A stretch of 63,935 nt of DNA, filler included, from Bipalium vagum (GCA_037834085.1; 3 parts of 3 records of this genome joined end to end with filler, not necessarily neighbours in it), one strand, 5' to 3'; shown: positions 13,684 through 28,424, counted from the first letter of the whole stretch. The notes: generated by a model from the letters alone, not told the origin. Translations and numbers: made by a program.

Positions 13684-14439
13684 CATTATAATAATAATTA
13701 TTATTTTTGCATTAGAGTTAGTATTAGTTTTTATAGTAGAATCAATTAGTGTTTTTGTAATACTCAATGAGGATCACTGTAAATCGTTATTTAATACATA
13801 TATATACAAAAAATAATATATTAATATATATAAAATTATGATCAATATTTTCCGAAAAAGATTATTAAAATTATTATTATTTGTTAAATAAAAGTTAAAA
13901 ATAATATTTTTTAATTAAATTAAGAAATTATTCTTCAATATTTTTCAGTGTCAAATTTGTTTACGCTGCTTAAGTATGTTTTGAAAAAGAAATCATAATA
14001 AATTAATATAATAATAATAATAATAATAATAAAAATAATAATTAAATTTTCAGAAATGAGTAATAAATCAGATAAATATAAAAAGGAACTCAAAATCAAT
14101 GAAGTTGAATTAAGGTTGGCTGATTCTCGGTAATATTTTAATTGAATAACTTATTTGGTGGATAGAATTGACGTTTACCATCAATTTTGAGACAAAATTA
14201 ATTTTTAATATCTTTATAAAATTTTGAAAATGCAGATTGGATCTCTGGACGAATTAAATCTCACAGCCCCGTCAAACAACCAGTTTAATCTGACAGCCCC
14301 ATTATACAACCAATTAAATCTGACAATACTGACAAATTAATTAAACTTAATAAATTTAATTTTAATAATAACAATATTTCATAAAATGAATTTTCTTTGA
14401 ACAAGTCTAGGAAAATAAATTCATTAATAAAATCTTCTC

Positions 14440-14953
14440 TTTTATCTTCATCTATTCATTGACGATCTTTTATTTTTCTTTTTAACTTGTTATTCTACAT
14501 TTTGCGTATCTAATCTTACGGGATTGGTTATCCAATATTCTTTGATCTGTGAAATTAGAAATTTTCCAAGTCCAATATAGACATGAGCTGATACCTTGCA
14601 TTCTTGTTTAACCTCAGTAAATATTCTTCCGCATGCCCACAAATATAACCCTAAATAAATAATATAAAAATATTTAGCCTTTTAATAATTATTACCTTTT
14701 GAAGTATTTTAATATTGATTTTAAATCCAGAAATCCAAGAACTTGTTCTTATACTAGATTTATATTTTCTACAGGTATTGTTGTCGCATCTCCATACATA
14801 ATCATCTGATTTCACTTTAATACTATTAAATGACATTGTGAATTTGCATTCAACACAGATTTGTTCATATGGAATTAATTGTTTTCTTCTTAGCCAATCA
14901 AATAATTCAAGATTGTTCAAAGTTGCTAATTTATCTAAAAATGATGGATTCAT
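14440..14953 (-). mobile_element. Merlin transposase pseudogene, N-terminal part
   Basis: Zinc ribbon C..C...DDYVWRC...C.KYKSSIRTSSW, then GLYLWACG...NPVRL; stops and frameshift present. Confidence 0.7.
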
Positions 14954-17181
14954 TTTCTTTATTGTCTGAGTATTAGCTAGAATCTTTAACCATTTATAGT
15001 CCCATTATAGATTATACCCCATCATACAATCTAATGATCTCATTATACAACCAATTTAATCTGACAACACTGGGATCAGGTTCATCTTTTTATTCAGTTG
15101 TTTCATTTACTGTTTGTTTTAAATTAAAATTTTCAGAAATGACCAAATTTTTAAGATTATTTAATTAATCCTAGCTCTGGAATAATTAAAATGTTACGAA
15201 ATGTTTTTAATACTAATGTAATTTTATTCAACGAGAAAGGCACTTGTTTTTTTAATACAGAACATATAGCCTAATGTTATAAGAATCATAATACCATTTA
15301 TCCAGAAATTCTAAAGAATTTTCAATTTGATAGCGGACATGATTAACTGGACAAAAACTATAATTTTTTAGTACAAAAGTAGACAAAATGACTGTTTATT
15401 AAGCACATAGAAAAGATTATATAAATGGTTCAGGTATATCAAACCATAATGAAAAGTTTAATGTAAACTAATTTTATTTGACCAAACCTTTAAATTCCTT
15501 GAAAAAATATTGTGCACAAATTACCTTTTCACATTGGTTTTCTCAAAATTTGACGAACGGAAGTTAAACTTGAAAAAAATTTCAAGAGATGTTTTAATGG
15601 TATTAACATTCTTATCTGATCCAATAGAGGTCACCGCAATCCAGCTAAGTCTTTAAGACTTCGACTTTGGAAGAATTTATTCATTAATTTGATCACGATT
15701 GCAGTAAATGAGTGTTTTACTAAATTGTGTCTTTTATTGTATTATCTGATAAATCGCTCATCACTTTATCCAGAAAATATGAAGCTTTCAAAAACTTGTT
15801 TTCACTTTTACATCCAAAATCTAAAATAAAAATAAAAGTTGTTTAAAAATATTGTTCTATCATCTATATTAAACGATTAGACAACACTAATGAAAATTAA
15901 ATTACAAAAATTATCAATCAAATTTCTTCAGACATTATGGGAACACGGTCTGTATAAATAAGAAATGTAAAAAATCCTTTTTTTCATATATATAATTTCC
16001 AAATACAATCTAAAAATAATTAATGAAATTAACCTTGAAATAAATCATTAAAACAATCAATAAATGCGATAGTTAAATCAAATTTCAGCTTGGAAAATAA
16101 AGGTTATTTTAAAATTGTTTCTTAAATGAATAATTCGACTTAGTTATGCAGCCTTTTTAATTTTGTATTAGGTTATTAAAAAATTCTCCTTAATATGGTC
16201 GCTTTTTTCGATTTTGATTGTTTTAATTTCTTATTCTTTTTATAAAATTATGGCAATCTAATGACTTGAACAGACCAGGCACCTTAAATTAAGACCGTGA
16301 CGAGGTCTTCAGAACTGATAGTGGTCTCAAGATTAGTGAGTCATTAAACTGTTGATGCTATTGATTCATCTTGTTTTAAAGATTTTCAATGAACTATTCC
16401 CCCATCCGATATCACTAAACTGTTATCACTACTTAATGTTCAAATAGGATTGATTACTAAATAGTTTTTCCTTAACCCTTGCCTCTATAATCATTTACAT
16501 CAGAGTTTACTCCAGATTATCAACATACAAAGTATGAATACGTTCGACAAAATTATTTTTCTTAACAAAATTTTTCAGTTAAATGAAAATGTATTTCTTT
16601 GATGTTAACTTAAATTCTATACATTTAGTTAGAGCCACTTTCGAACAATCAAAGACTTCGGCAAAATGGCCATTTAAAATGAGCTGAAAGTTCCATTAAA
16701 TAATCTACAAAAAAAATCGTCGTTACTTTATTAAATCTACCACTTTTCAACAAGAGCTTATATTTCAAATTACAATTTCTATTTACATAGACCCACCATA
16801 AGTAAAACGTCACCTTTCATAGAACATCGGAAATAAGACTTCTTTAGAAGACTACTTACTTTTGAGAGAACACAGATAACCTTAAGATCACTGTGTTTTT
16901 AGGTAAGAATATATCAGTGCTGGACATTTAGTTCGATTCTTCGAATATCGTTGTCTTAATCAAAAAAATTATAACAGAGGCTTCTTGAGGAGTGTTCTGT
17001 CGTTCTTGTCTGATTTTTTAATGTAGAAATAATTGATTTATTGGGAGCTTAATCTCATCAAAAGACGAGATATATTCCTTGTTCTGAACTCCAATGATCG
17101 ATACACAGCTGGAATTGTGCCACAATTTGCATCTTTCACAAAATAATCTTCAGAACCCTCCATCACATAAGAAACATTTTC

Positions 17182-17281
17182 NNNNNNNNNNNNNNNNNNN
17201 NNNNNNNNNNNNNNNNNNNNNNNNNTTAATTAATTAANNNNNNNNNNNNNNNNNNNNNNNNNNNNNNNNNNNNNNNNNNNN
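17182..17281. other. Assembly gap with TTAATTAATTAA spacer; the same at 37397-37496; plain N gap at 21706-21850
   Basis: N runs; the spacer gives stop codons in all six frames. Confidence 0.95.
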
Positions 17282-19083
17282 CCATAAGCTCTTGCTCTTT
17301 TGGTTTAGAATTGTTGCTGGTTGGTGCTGGGACCTCTTTTTCTATGGATCCCAACAAAACTAATAAAGGTTATAAATAAAATCGATGAATCAATACAAAG
17401 ATTAGTAATTATTTTATCTCAAAATTATTCAACTTCTTTTATTATAAAGAAAATACTGGTATTACATTCCTATCATTCAATTAAAACAAGCTTGTATTGT
17501 TAGACAAAACAAAGTTTGTTTAAAAATAAATAAATACTCAGACCAGGATCTGAGGATCAAATAATTTCTTATTTCCCTAACTCTTCTTTCTTCTGTTTTA
17601 TTTCACACGCTAAGTAGGGCGGTGAAATAAATTGCTTTTCTTCACTGAGGACCACTTAGCCTAGAAAAGAGAGGATTTTTCATAATAATAATAACACTAA
17701 TTAATAAAATTAAATTATCAATCAAGGACGACATTAACGCTATGTACATTATCATATTGTTTTACAAAAATATAATTCTCAAAATTAAATTGTTTTCTCA
17801 GTAATTTTAATTAATTTTTAAAGAGCAACCTTGGGCGTTAAGACCTAAATAAACAGCTCCATATATTTACAACTTTTCTAGGATCTTATATATATTACAG
17901 ATTTGAAAAAGTTAATCAATCCATTAACTATTTTTTTATATCTTTTAAATTTGTATGTTGGCTTATTTTATGAATTTCTGTACTACTATTATTATTTTTA
18001 TTTTGATAATCATCATAAATAATGATGATATTTAAAATAGGTCAAATTTTTCTCTATTTTTTTAATTTTAACTTTTCAAAATTATCATTGTTCAATATTC
18101 AATGTATTAACTTTTACCTGACTACAACTTCAATCCAAAATTACAGGCAATAAAGCAATAGTTTGTATTTATATCACCATGACACACACAAATTACAATA
18201 ACAAAATCGTCTATATACTAATGTCTAGAATGTCTCAAATATCAATCAATAAAACCAATCAATTAAAATTAAATTAAATTAAAAATCCTTATAATTTTTA
18301 ATCCATAAAAATAACTTGAGATTTTTGAAAGCCAATTAAAACAATATTTTTTCTCGTAAAAAATTTATAATCAAAGTAAAATCAGATATTACTGTCATAT
18401 TTCATTAATTTTAGATCCAAATTTCAATTGAATTAGATTTTAATTTTCTAATCATTTAATTATACAATTGATTAATACCAAAAAGTTAAGTTCCAATAAA
18501 TTAGCCCAAACTTGTAAGGCTGCCAGAGGCTGTCATTTTAATGACATCATATTTAAAATATAAATTTTTGTAATGTGTTTAAATAAAGGTGTAAATAAAA
18601 TTATTTAGCTTTTTAATTTTTATGTGCGGAGGAATAGCGACTTAAAGTAGTAAAGCTTCTTTTGGAAGACCCCGTACAAAAAAATGTAAATAATTATTGC
18701 ATTCATTATAAACGTTCCATCAAATCTGTGAAGAATCTTTTTTACACCTTTCTGATTTTATCGATCAACTCAAATTTTATTTCTTATAACTATTCATTCA
18801 GTTATTTAATCAAATATCTTACATAACCATTGCCCAAATAATATATCAGCATAGATCTGATTAAAAACACCTTTTAAAAATTTGTTAAAACATTACTTCG
18901 AAAAAAAAATCAAAATTCAAATTATGATAATTAAATAATTATGACTTGATTAATTTTTAAGCAGTGCTATATGGGCAAAAAAATCTAAGCATTTAAAAAA
19001 GTGAATTCACAAAGATTTTTTTAAAGGTGCAACAATTTATTTACAACTACAAAATAATAATCAGAGAGCTCTTTTTCTTGTCT

Positions 19084-22000
19084 TCACTCGATGGCCGGAA
19101 ATAAAACATTTTCTTTGCCCAAGCTGACCATGACCCTCATTTTTTCCTCTAACAGCTGATGGAACTCCTGCGGGACAGCGCAATAAATACAAGAAAACGA
19201 AAATTCTCAACGAAACCGAAAACACAACAAATTGTCTTACTTGAGCTTTGGGATTGGTCTCACTCATTTTGGCCAAGATTTCCAGCAAATTGAAAATGTC
19301 CGAATAGCAGATCCACTTCGGTTGGGGCTCTTTGAACAGAGAGCTCTGAAAAAGATAAATGATTTGATTTCTAATAACAACAGACCGCTAAGATAATACC
19401 TTTGGTCGGTCCAGACACATTTCCTGCATCAAATACAAATTGTCAATCTCCGAATCCAACAGCCGTGACACCAGACCTATTGATGGTTCCATGTAACCAT
19501 TGAGGACATACAATCTCAACAGCGCTCCAGTGGCCTGCTTTTTGTCCACGACGAAGTCAATGAGCCACGTCGGCAGTAATTCAACACCTCCGCTTAGAAG
19601 TCTCGCACAGGCCTTCGTTGCTAGGTCGCCATTGGCCGTGGTGTCATAGCGTAGCAAGAACTGTTCCAACAGCTTCCATAACAGTTTCTGTAGACTCCCA
19701 CCTGCTCCTGATCCACCGAAAACACCTCCGCTTTGACTAGCATAATCGACCTGACAATTGAGTTCTTCCAGTGAGTCGATTATGTTTTCTTTCTCTTTTA
19801 GAGCCAAATTATTGCCGTCCAGATCATTTGAATTATTATTCGACTTGGAAATTTCTGAGGCACAACGACTAGCCAACGAACTGGCTATCGATCCGAGATC
19901 CATTTTGAAATCAGTGCATAATGTAATGGCATCCTATTGATAAAAAAATCAATAATTAACAATCGGTGGTACTATATAAACACTGGAATCTCACCCAATA
20001 TAATCCCATTTGCATCAGACTTGACAGAGTGAGCGATTTGGCTAATTTCCCGCTCTGGATGAAGCCGTGCTCCGGACTATCGCGCAAAACCTTCAATCGG
20101 GTTCTGATCAAATTGTACTGTCGCCTGATTTGGTCGAGATTTATGATAATCCTCAGTTGGCCTTGATCTTCACAACTGTCATCATCTCGGAGCCGATAAT
20201 TTTCCCCTGTCTTGCTGCTTACCTCCTTCTCGTCCCTCCATTTTCCATCTTCATCATCGACTCGCTCTCCACATTCTTCTCCTTCCTCCAAGCCGAAACA
20301 GTAGTTTGCCTTTTTACCAAAGACCGGTGGTCGTTGTTTTCTTCGTTTCCTAGCAGTACTTTCCGCTTCCGTTTCGATCTCCGTCATCGCGGGTGCACGT
20401 ACAGTATTGCTACTGGCCTCTTCATCAAACTCGCTAGCGATCGACGAAGGAAAGACGAACAGCTGATCAACAGAGTCCACATCGGATGTGGTGTCACGGA
20501 TGAGACTGGCAGTGGTGATGCATGCCAAATATGCTTTGACCTGAGCCTGCAAATGGTCGATGGCAACTCGGTTGCTCATATAAATACCGCGGTTACGCAG
20601 GTCCTGGTCCAGTCGCAGGGCCAGTTCTAACATGCACGTTGCTGCGGCCTTGTAATCGCTGGTATCGTCCCGCCATTCTGCTCCTGGTCTTTTATGTTGG
20701 CGCTTGGAGCAGAAATAGGAAAAGAGGACACTATAATAGGACTCGTAATTCGTCACAGCCGAACAGGTGCTGCTCAATTTGACCGTACCCATCGTCTGAT
20801 TGGCTGCTGATGTAAACGTCGTATCAGGCTGGGTTACATCAGGGGTCAGGGAGGCAGCACGAGCTCGGCAATAGAGAACATTGACCAGCTCCGGTCCCAA
20901 ATCACCGTAATCGAATTGGACAAGCAGATCCAATTGATCATGATCAAACATGGTAGAGATGAACTCGCGGAGACAATTCTGCTGTCTAAACATGATGGAA
21001 TCGATAATCAATAAAATAATTAATTAATCAAAATCAATAAATAAACAATTAATAATTGAACCAATCAATTAGTGAATCAATGAATATTAGTCAATTATAA
21101 AAATTATTAATCAATTCGATCATTAAAAAATTCAATCAATGAAAAAAAATGAAAAAAATTCCTATAATTAGTGAAAGAATCATTTAATAAATCAACCAAT
21201 AAATCAAAGAACAAGAATCGATAAAATCTGAAATATAGTTTACTCTATATACCTACTTTTGGGAATCGGGGTTCTTTACTATTGCGTCCCGAGCCTCTTT
21301 GTAACGAGCAAGATCGAGCAAATTTTTAAACAGGACGTTCATCAGATTTGATTTACACTGGTTTAATTGTTGGTATAATTGTTCCACCGCAACCGCAACA
21401 TCATTCTGACAGTGGTCATCACTGTTGATGGCTGCGTCGATTGGTTGCAGTGTTCCGTCTGCTCCGTGTCGTCGACATCGTGACATTGCTTCGTCGTTGT
21501 CATCAATTACCATTGCCATAGAATTTTGGTTATCGACGTTACAGAACAATGGTGGTAACCGTAACGTTTCCAATGTCTTCAGGGCTCGATCGATGATTTT
21601 CTCACCTACTTGGGATAAAGCGACCGAGTATGGTTCCGGGTTACCTGTAGCCAGATTGGACATGGTCTCAATCAGCTGGAAAGAGAAAAAAATAGATCAG
21701 ATATTNNNNNNNNNNNNNNNNNNNNNNNNNNNNNNNNNNNNNNNNNNNNNNNNNNNNNNNNNNNNNNNNNNNNNNNNNNNNNNNNNNNNNNNNNNNNNNN
21801 NNNNNNNNNNNNNNNNNNNNNNNNNNNNNNNNNNNNNNNNNNNNNNNNNNAATTATCATAATATATTAATAGTCGATGGGAATTGAAAATCTTACCTTTA
21901 AAATCAATTTTGCTTTCACCAACGCCAATCGACATTCATCAAAATCAATGGTTTTCGTCGTTTTATCTTTGTTAATGACCACTGCATGTTGTCTTGATCC

Positions 22001-25000
22001 CCGATCGGTAACTTCTTTTTCAAAAAATATTTCACAAACCAATTTCGATGATGAAATATCAAATCGATCGATGGCATCGGTAAAGCAATCGATGGCTTTC
22101 CAGAATTTACTTATTGGGAGAAAATAAAAAAAAGTCAATAATTAATAATAAAAATTACAATTACAAAAATCAATAATAAATATTTATTTAAATATGGTTT
22201 AATTTTACGAATTCAGGTAGGTTATGAAAAGGATCACTCACTTGAGCAACAAATATGCAACGCCGATGACAATATCAACGAATCCCATCATCTCGTCACC
22301 AACTTCGGAAGGAGAGGCCTTTAAGAATTTTAGAAAATCGATGAGTTCCAAAGGCTGAGAAAGAGAAAATATCAATCAATCAATCAAATAATAATAAGCA
22401 TAAATTCTCACCAAATTGTATGACAGGAAATATCGACAGACTTGCACGAGACAAAACTGGTCGCTTTGAGGATTCAATTTATCGATTATCGCTGACATTT
22501 GACTGATGATTTTTCGTTGCCAATTTTCTCCTCCTTGTCCTCCAACTCGTTCGTCTCCATAGACCAAAGAATGAGAATTGGTATTGAAAAATGTTGAAGA
22601 CAATCGATTTCTCATCGATTTCAAAACTGAAAAGCACAATATATCCGTTGCCCCAATCATCGGATCGGGGCATCGATTTTCCAATAGATTCAGCGATTCC
22701 AATTGGCTTTTTTGTGAATCACTTTATGAAGAAAAAAGAATAATCAATAAAATACCGGAAAATGGCGAATAACCAAGAGAAATTAGGAATATTAGTAAAA
22801 AAAATAAAATATCATAAGTGCTTGCTATTATTTAGCGTTTCATAAATTGAATATAATCATAGGCGTTGCAATGTCATTTGAAAACTTATAAGTGCAATTT
22901 TCTGTTTAAATTTGATTAATTATTATTTCGATGGATCTTTGGTTCATAAATAAATTAAGTGTTCACATTTTAAAATTTTTGGAATTATTTTTTAACTGAA
23001 ATTAGACATTCGAAAATTATGAAAACTTTTATTAAAACGGAGGACCCTCAAACTCCTCAGTAATTATTGAAATGCGGAAAATAAGACAACTATGATAAAA
23101 TAATTATGACACCACGAGATTCTTTGTGTCAGCAATTGAAACTTACGTCAATTCCGAGCAAGACGCAGATGTTGTCGACGACGATTTCTGTCTCACGGTC
23201 AACAGCCAATAGAGAGAGGCGAACGATTTCAAGGAACATTCCAATCTGTGATTTTGCAATTTTTGATCATTGGTTTTTAAATGACTTTTTTCCTGGAAAA
23301 TAATATTAAATAAAAAACAAAAAACGACGATAAATAAAACTTCGAAGAAGGCAGAAAACGATAAAACTACTAAGAAAATGATATAATAAACTTTAATTAT
23401 TTAAAAAATAAAAAATTGAAAAATGAGTTGATACAAAATATAAAATCAATAAATTTTTTCATACATAATCAAAAATATCATAATAGCTAAAATTGATTTA
23501 TAAAAATATTTATAATTATAATATATCAATAATTAAATTAATAATCAAAATAAAAAAAATTAATCGACAATAATGGTTAAAAAAGATCAATAATGATTTA
23601 ATCAATAAAGATAATGTAAAGGTGTAAACTAAAGATCAAAGAGATCTCTCACTCTGTGGTGTAACAGCGCAATAAAGGCCAACAAAAGCGTGATGCGGTC
23701 CCGGACCAGTTGGCAAAGCGAATAGTGCAAGAGACCGAGACTGAACGAACTGGTCCGACCATGTTCCTCTGTCGATAAATCTGTCGAGTTTTTTTATCAA
23801 TCCATTAATTGAATTTTTAAAAAACTATTTACCGTCAACGATAATCTGCGATCTTCCTGATTTTCCGACGACCATCATGTCTAGAGATGACAGGAGCTGG
23901 ACTGTGCTATCGATGATATACTGGTCACTGTCCAATCGGGAATCGATAACAGAGGGAACGGTGAAGCTAGACAGCGATTAAAATCATTTAACATTATTAT
24001 ATCTTATAATAATAGTTATAGTTATTATATATATAGTTATTTTACAAAAATTGGAATTTGGAGACACTGCTCTCTTACCTTAAAACAGGCACAATATCTT
24101 CAGATTTTAACTCCAGGCGCGAAATTCGGTTTTCGATCATGGGCCACAAATTAGAACGTTGAATGTTGACAGACAAATCGTTCAAATATCGCAATAACGT
24201 CGTTCCCGACACAATCGAGCTCTGATCTGAAGAAATTATGAAAACATATATAAATGATCGACTAATCTCTCTCACCATAAAAGCGATATAGACTATCATT
24301 GATTGACAAAGAGGATACGGTTCTCTCCACCAATTCGTTGGCACTTCTCATCAGGGAGACCGTTCCGTAACGACAGAGACCCACTGTTCCAGCGACGCGA
24401 ATGATTCCCTGTGGTTCCATCAATCGATAATGTTCCTCGACAATTTGTTTCAACATTGCGAACCATTGTTTTCGATTGAGCTCTATCACATCGAACTCCT
24501 CTTCCTCGTTAAGATAGACCAACAATTCCCGCTCCACCTTTCCGGAGAGAAAACCATTATTTATTGGTAATAATAATCGATAAAATCAAGATCGATAATA
24601 TTAATAATTTTTCTTACTGATAATTCGATAATGTGCACCATTGCTCGTTTCAGTTCGTCGATATTGGTGTTAATCAATAACCTTGAATCCTCACCTTCGT
24701 TACCATATCCCTGGAGATATCTCTACAGATAAATTGATAAAATCAATAAAATAATCATTATCAGAAGATATAATTACATTGAGCGTGTTGACGATGGCTG
24801 ATCGGAGAAACTTTCCTGGTGTAAAGATTCGATCGACTATAGCTTCCTGTGGGTCTTGGTGACTTTCCACGTGCAGATCCAATTCTGCCGAAGATCCATT
24901 TGATAAGCGACACGTGAACAGAATTCGATCTGTATTTTGTCCTTTGTTTCCACTATTGCTGTCGATGTCCTGAAACAGAGACATCCAATCCATCGAGTAA

Positions 25001-27039
25001 TTGGCGTCCCCGGCGTCCATACTCGATTGGGACATCAATCTCCAAACGCCTATCATTATTGATTATTGGTTTTTAAATATAATTATTTCATTTTATTTAT
25101 TACTTATTAATATTATTATTGGTTTATCAACATTATTAATTTTTATTATTAATATTATTCTTAATTATAAATACTTATTTTATTGTATATTTTCATTATC
25201 AATTCTTTTTAATGATTATCAATTACTATTATCATTAATTATGGATCTATTATCCACAATCGATTGAGTAACAAAAAAACCAACCGATCTTGTCTTTCTT
25301 GGCAACATTGTATCCGACTTCGAAATCGATCAAATTCGACGCTCCTTCATCTACCTGTTGAACGATGTTCGACAGAACGTGCATGGACTGCCTATCGGCG
25401 ATTTGAATGGTGATCCAATTACTTAGGCTGAGCTGGCCAACCACCACGTGGAAGTATACGAGCACCGTGTCAGTGAAAATTCTGATTTCGTCCGATTGAA
25501 AGAACGATTTTATTCGATGCGATGAAATTATGCTGTTGTAGTTTATGATCGACACATCAGATTTGTGATTGGACTCCAGTGCGTACTCCAACAAATCCTC
25601 ACCCATAACGAAGCAGTGGTCCTGGTGTTGTGGAAATAAGAAAAGAAAATATTAATAAATAATAATTACATCGATAATCGGAAAAAAAAAGATAATAAAT
25701 AATTAAAATAAAAATAAGAGTTATCTATATAATCAATAATAATAAAATTATCGATAATTATTATTATTAATTAATAATATTTGATAATAATAGTACAGGT
25801 TGAAAATTAATTAAATATATAATTATTATCGATTCCAATTAATGATTATAATGAATGTTTTAGATTATTCATTGTCCTTTTTTCTCTTACCTTGAGACTC
25901 CACAGTTTGAGCTTGTTATCCCGGGAAATACTTACGACGTAGATCTGTTGATTGATTTCCACATAAGTCAAATCGGAAATCGATGTATTGATGTAATCGT
26001 TGGACTTGGGCCGCGACATGATCCCGGACCAGAGTTTGGAAAGCAGAGAACTTTCTTTCATCTCAAAATAATGAACGGATTCTGTTCAGGAAGCAGATAG
26101 ATAAATCAGAAAAATATATTAATTAATATTGTTTATTATCAATTTTTTTATCGATTTCTATTATTATTATAATCATGATCGATACTCGATTATTAATAAT
26201 AAAAAAAAAAACAATAATTTTAAAATTAAAAAACTGTAAACCTCGATAAATCAACTCTTCAATGATGAAGGTGAAAATCGATCCATTAGACAGTCCGTAA
26301 TTGAAAAATGCGCTACCACTGCCGATGCTAGTACCGCTGTTGGAGGATGTTATCCGATCAATGGTACTGTTGACAGCAGTTATTTCGTTTGCGTTAAAGT
26401 AGGCCGTAACGAAATATTTCTGCTCATTCAACTCACTAAGTCCGTAAAAGATGGAATATTGAAAGCTGTCCGAGTTCTGCATTGTATGAGACAGGATGAA
26501 AATAAAAACCATATTAAAGCAGAAGATTGTTGATTATTAGTGATATTATTCTCAATCTTCATTTCCCCTTACCGGGTGACGAAGCTTCCTCGGGTGGTGC
26601 AGAGAAAACTTCATGACCATCAGCGAAGTGGTGACCAAGAATTGGATCTCGTCCTGTTCCGTCTCGAAAACATTGACCAGCAACACTTGGCTCTTTTCAA
26701 ACTCGATCTCAATTCGATTACCCAGCAGTTCCACTTCAGTCGACCATTCTGAGATCGACAGCAGGTTGTTGTCCATTTTCCTGGTTGTGGTTATGATAAT
26801 TACAATTTTTATCTATTTGTTCCAAACCATATCAAAAATCGATTGCCGAAAGACGGGGATGAATATTGGAAAGATTTTCCAATTTTAAAGTCTCTGTTGG
26901 TTCGTTTACCCTTCACATTTTCTATTGAAAGAATTTTTCAATTAAATCGATAAGTTGCAGCTGATATACCTTCTGCGATAAAAATACGTGTTGCAGATTT
27001 GTCTACAATCTCAAATTCCAAGCATTCACTGTAATCCAT
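19084..27039 (-). CDS. NUP160: Nuclear pore complex protein Nup160, multi-exon, ATG at 27039, TGA ending at 19084
   Basis: The spliced chain gives NRFLIW, ISRDNKLKLWS, QQNCLREFISTMFDHDQLDLLVQFDY...YCRARA, YYSVLFSYF...YKAAATCMLELALRL, LMQMGLYW|DAITLCTDFKMDL...LASRC, LWKLLEQFLLRYD, LPTWLIDF...LLRLY, collinear with known metazoan Nup160 motifs; GT-AG junctions are phase-compatible. Confidence 0.88.
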
Positions 27040-27429
27040 TGTCTGCGCGTCAATTTGAAAATACGATGTATTTAAACAAAATTGTTTAAGAACATTTAAC
27101 AAAATAAGTACTATTTATTATTAAATCAATTTTCACTGAAATAATGTTCGAAACTTTTTTATTAATAACAATTTTTCTAAAGATTTTGTTATGAAAATAT
27201 TATTTATCAACTTTTTGTAGACACGATCCACAGTAAAATTTATATTTATTAAAAAATTATATTTTATTTTTCCATTTGGTTTTTACATCTGAAATTGTCG
27301 TTTTCTATTTTGCTTTTCAAAAACCAATACCTTTTTCAAAAATAAATTTATATAATCAAATATTTGCATCATTATAATGAATATAAAGTTTCCAATGTGA
27401 AACAAAGTTATTTATTCAATCACTGTAGA

Positions 27430-28300
27430 AATTGGAATCTCGGGATTTTATGAATCAACGTAAAGTCTCTTCAAGCATCAGCGAAGTTCTTTTGACGAAT
27501 AAAACTTCAAGGTTCTTCTAAAATGAAAATCAGTTTCTGATAAGTGCAGAGAATAAGATATATAGCGTGGAACTTTATATTACAACTGATTTACAGTTTT
27601 GAGGTATGCAATCTTCCTTTGTATAGTATATCTTTATCTATATCTACAAAAAGTATATCTTTTTGTTCACAAGTGCTGACATTTTTGACAAAGCTCTCAA
27701 GCATTTGTCCATTTTTGCCTAATATTTATCACCTGGAATTGTTTTTACAACTTTTAAGGAAGTTGTAATGGGTTACACCTGTACAACATTACCAGCCTGT
27801 AATAGTTATAGTTTTTTAATGTAAATTTAGTTTTTGTATTTTTTTATAGATGATTCATTCTACCACAGATCTTTGCAATTATCGTATAATATCCATTTTC
27901 TTCGCATGTAATAATACGTGATAAAAATGTTTTAAACTTTTTACTTTAAATCAATGAAAAAAGAATTATACTTGTAAATTTTTTGAATTTCATTAAATGC
28001 ATTTATTCAGTTTTTTTACTTTTTTGACTGCGTTCACCATACATAAAACAGTTACTGAATTTAACTCTTTTGCACCTAATCTAACTGTTATTTACGTATT
28101 TGATTCAACTAACTTCTTCAAATAATAGTCATTCAACATACACTTAAGTCTACGACGACCTTGATTTTTAAGACTTATCAACTTTGGAATTAATTGTGCT
28201 TTTCAAATCTGTTCTTTTCTTCATGATTTTTGATAAATCGAGTAGCTTCTGTTGCATTATGACCACGTGAAAACTAAATATATTTATGCAAAATTCATAG
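27430..28300 (-). mobile_element. Decayed mariner element
   Basis: N-terminal RGHNATEATRFIKN...LKKLVESN...ELN..TV...KVKKLNKC and C-terminal TDFHF-like segment; many stops. Confidence 0.7.
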
Positions 28301-28424
28301 TGTTGGGTTTTAGAATTAATAATAATAATTATAAGAATTAATAATAATCATAATAACAATAATGATGAGTAGTGATATTACTAATTAATAATAATAATAA
28401 TAATAATTTTTTTTAAAACCCTTA

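Noticed and set aside
13522-13749. Poly-Tyr and poly-Ile ORFs (also 5585-5839)
   Set aside because: Translations of (ATT)n/(AAT)n microsatellites
17226-17237. TTAATTAATTAA palindrome inside N runs (also 37441-37452)
   Set aside because: Identical spacer in the middle of two 100-nt gaps; scaffolding artefact giving six-frame stops
20067-20630. 187-aa and other long + strand ORFs over Nup160
   Set aside because: Antisense shadows of GC-richer coding exons; no recognisable motifs
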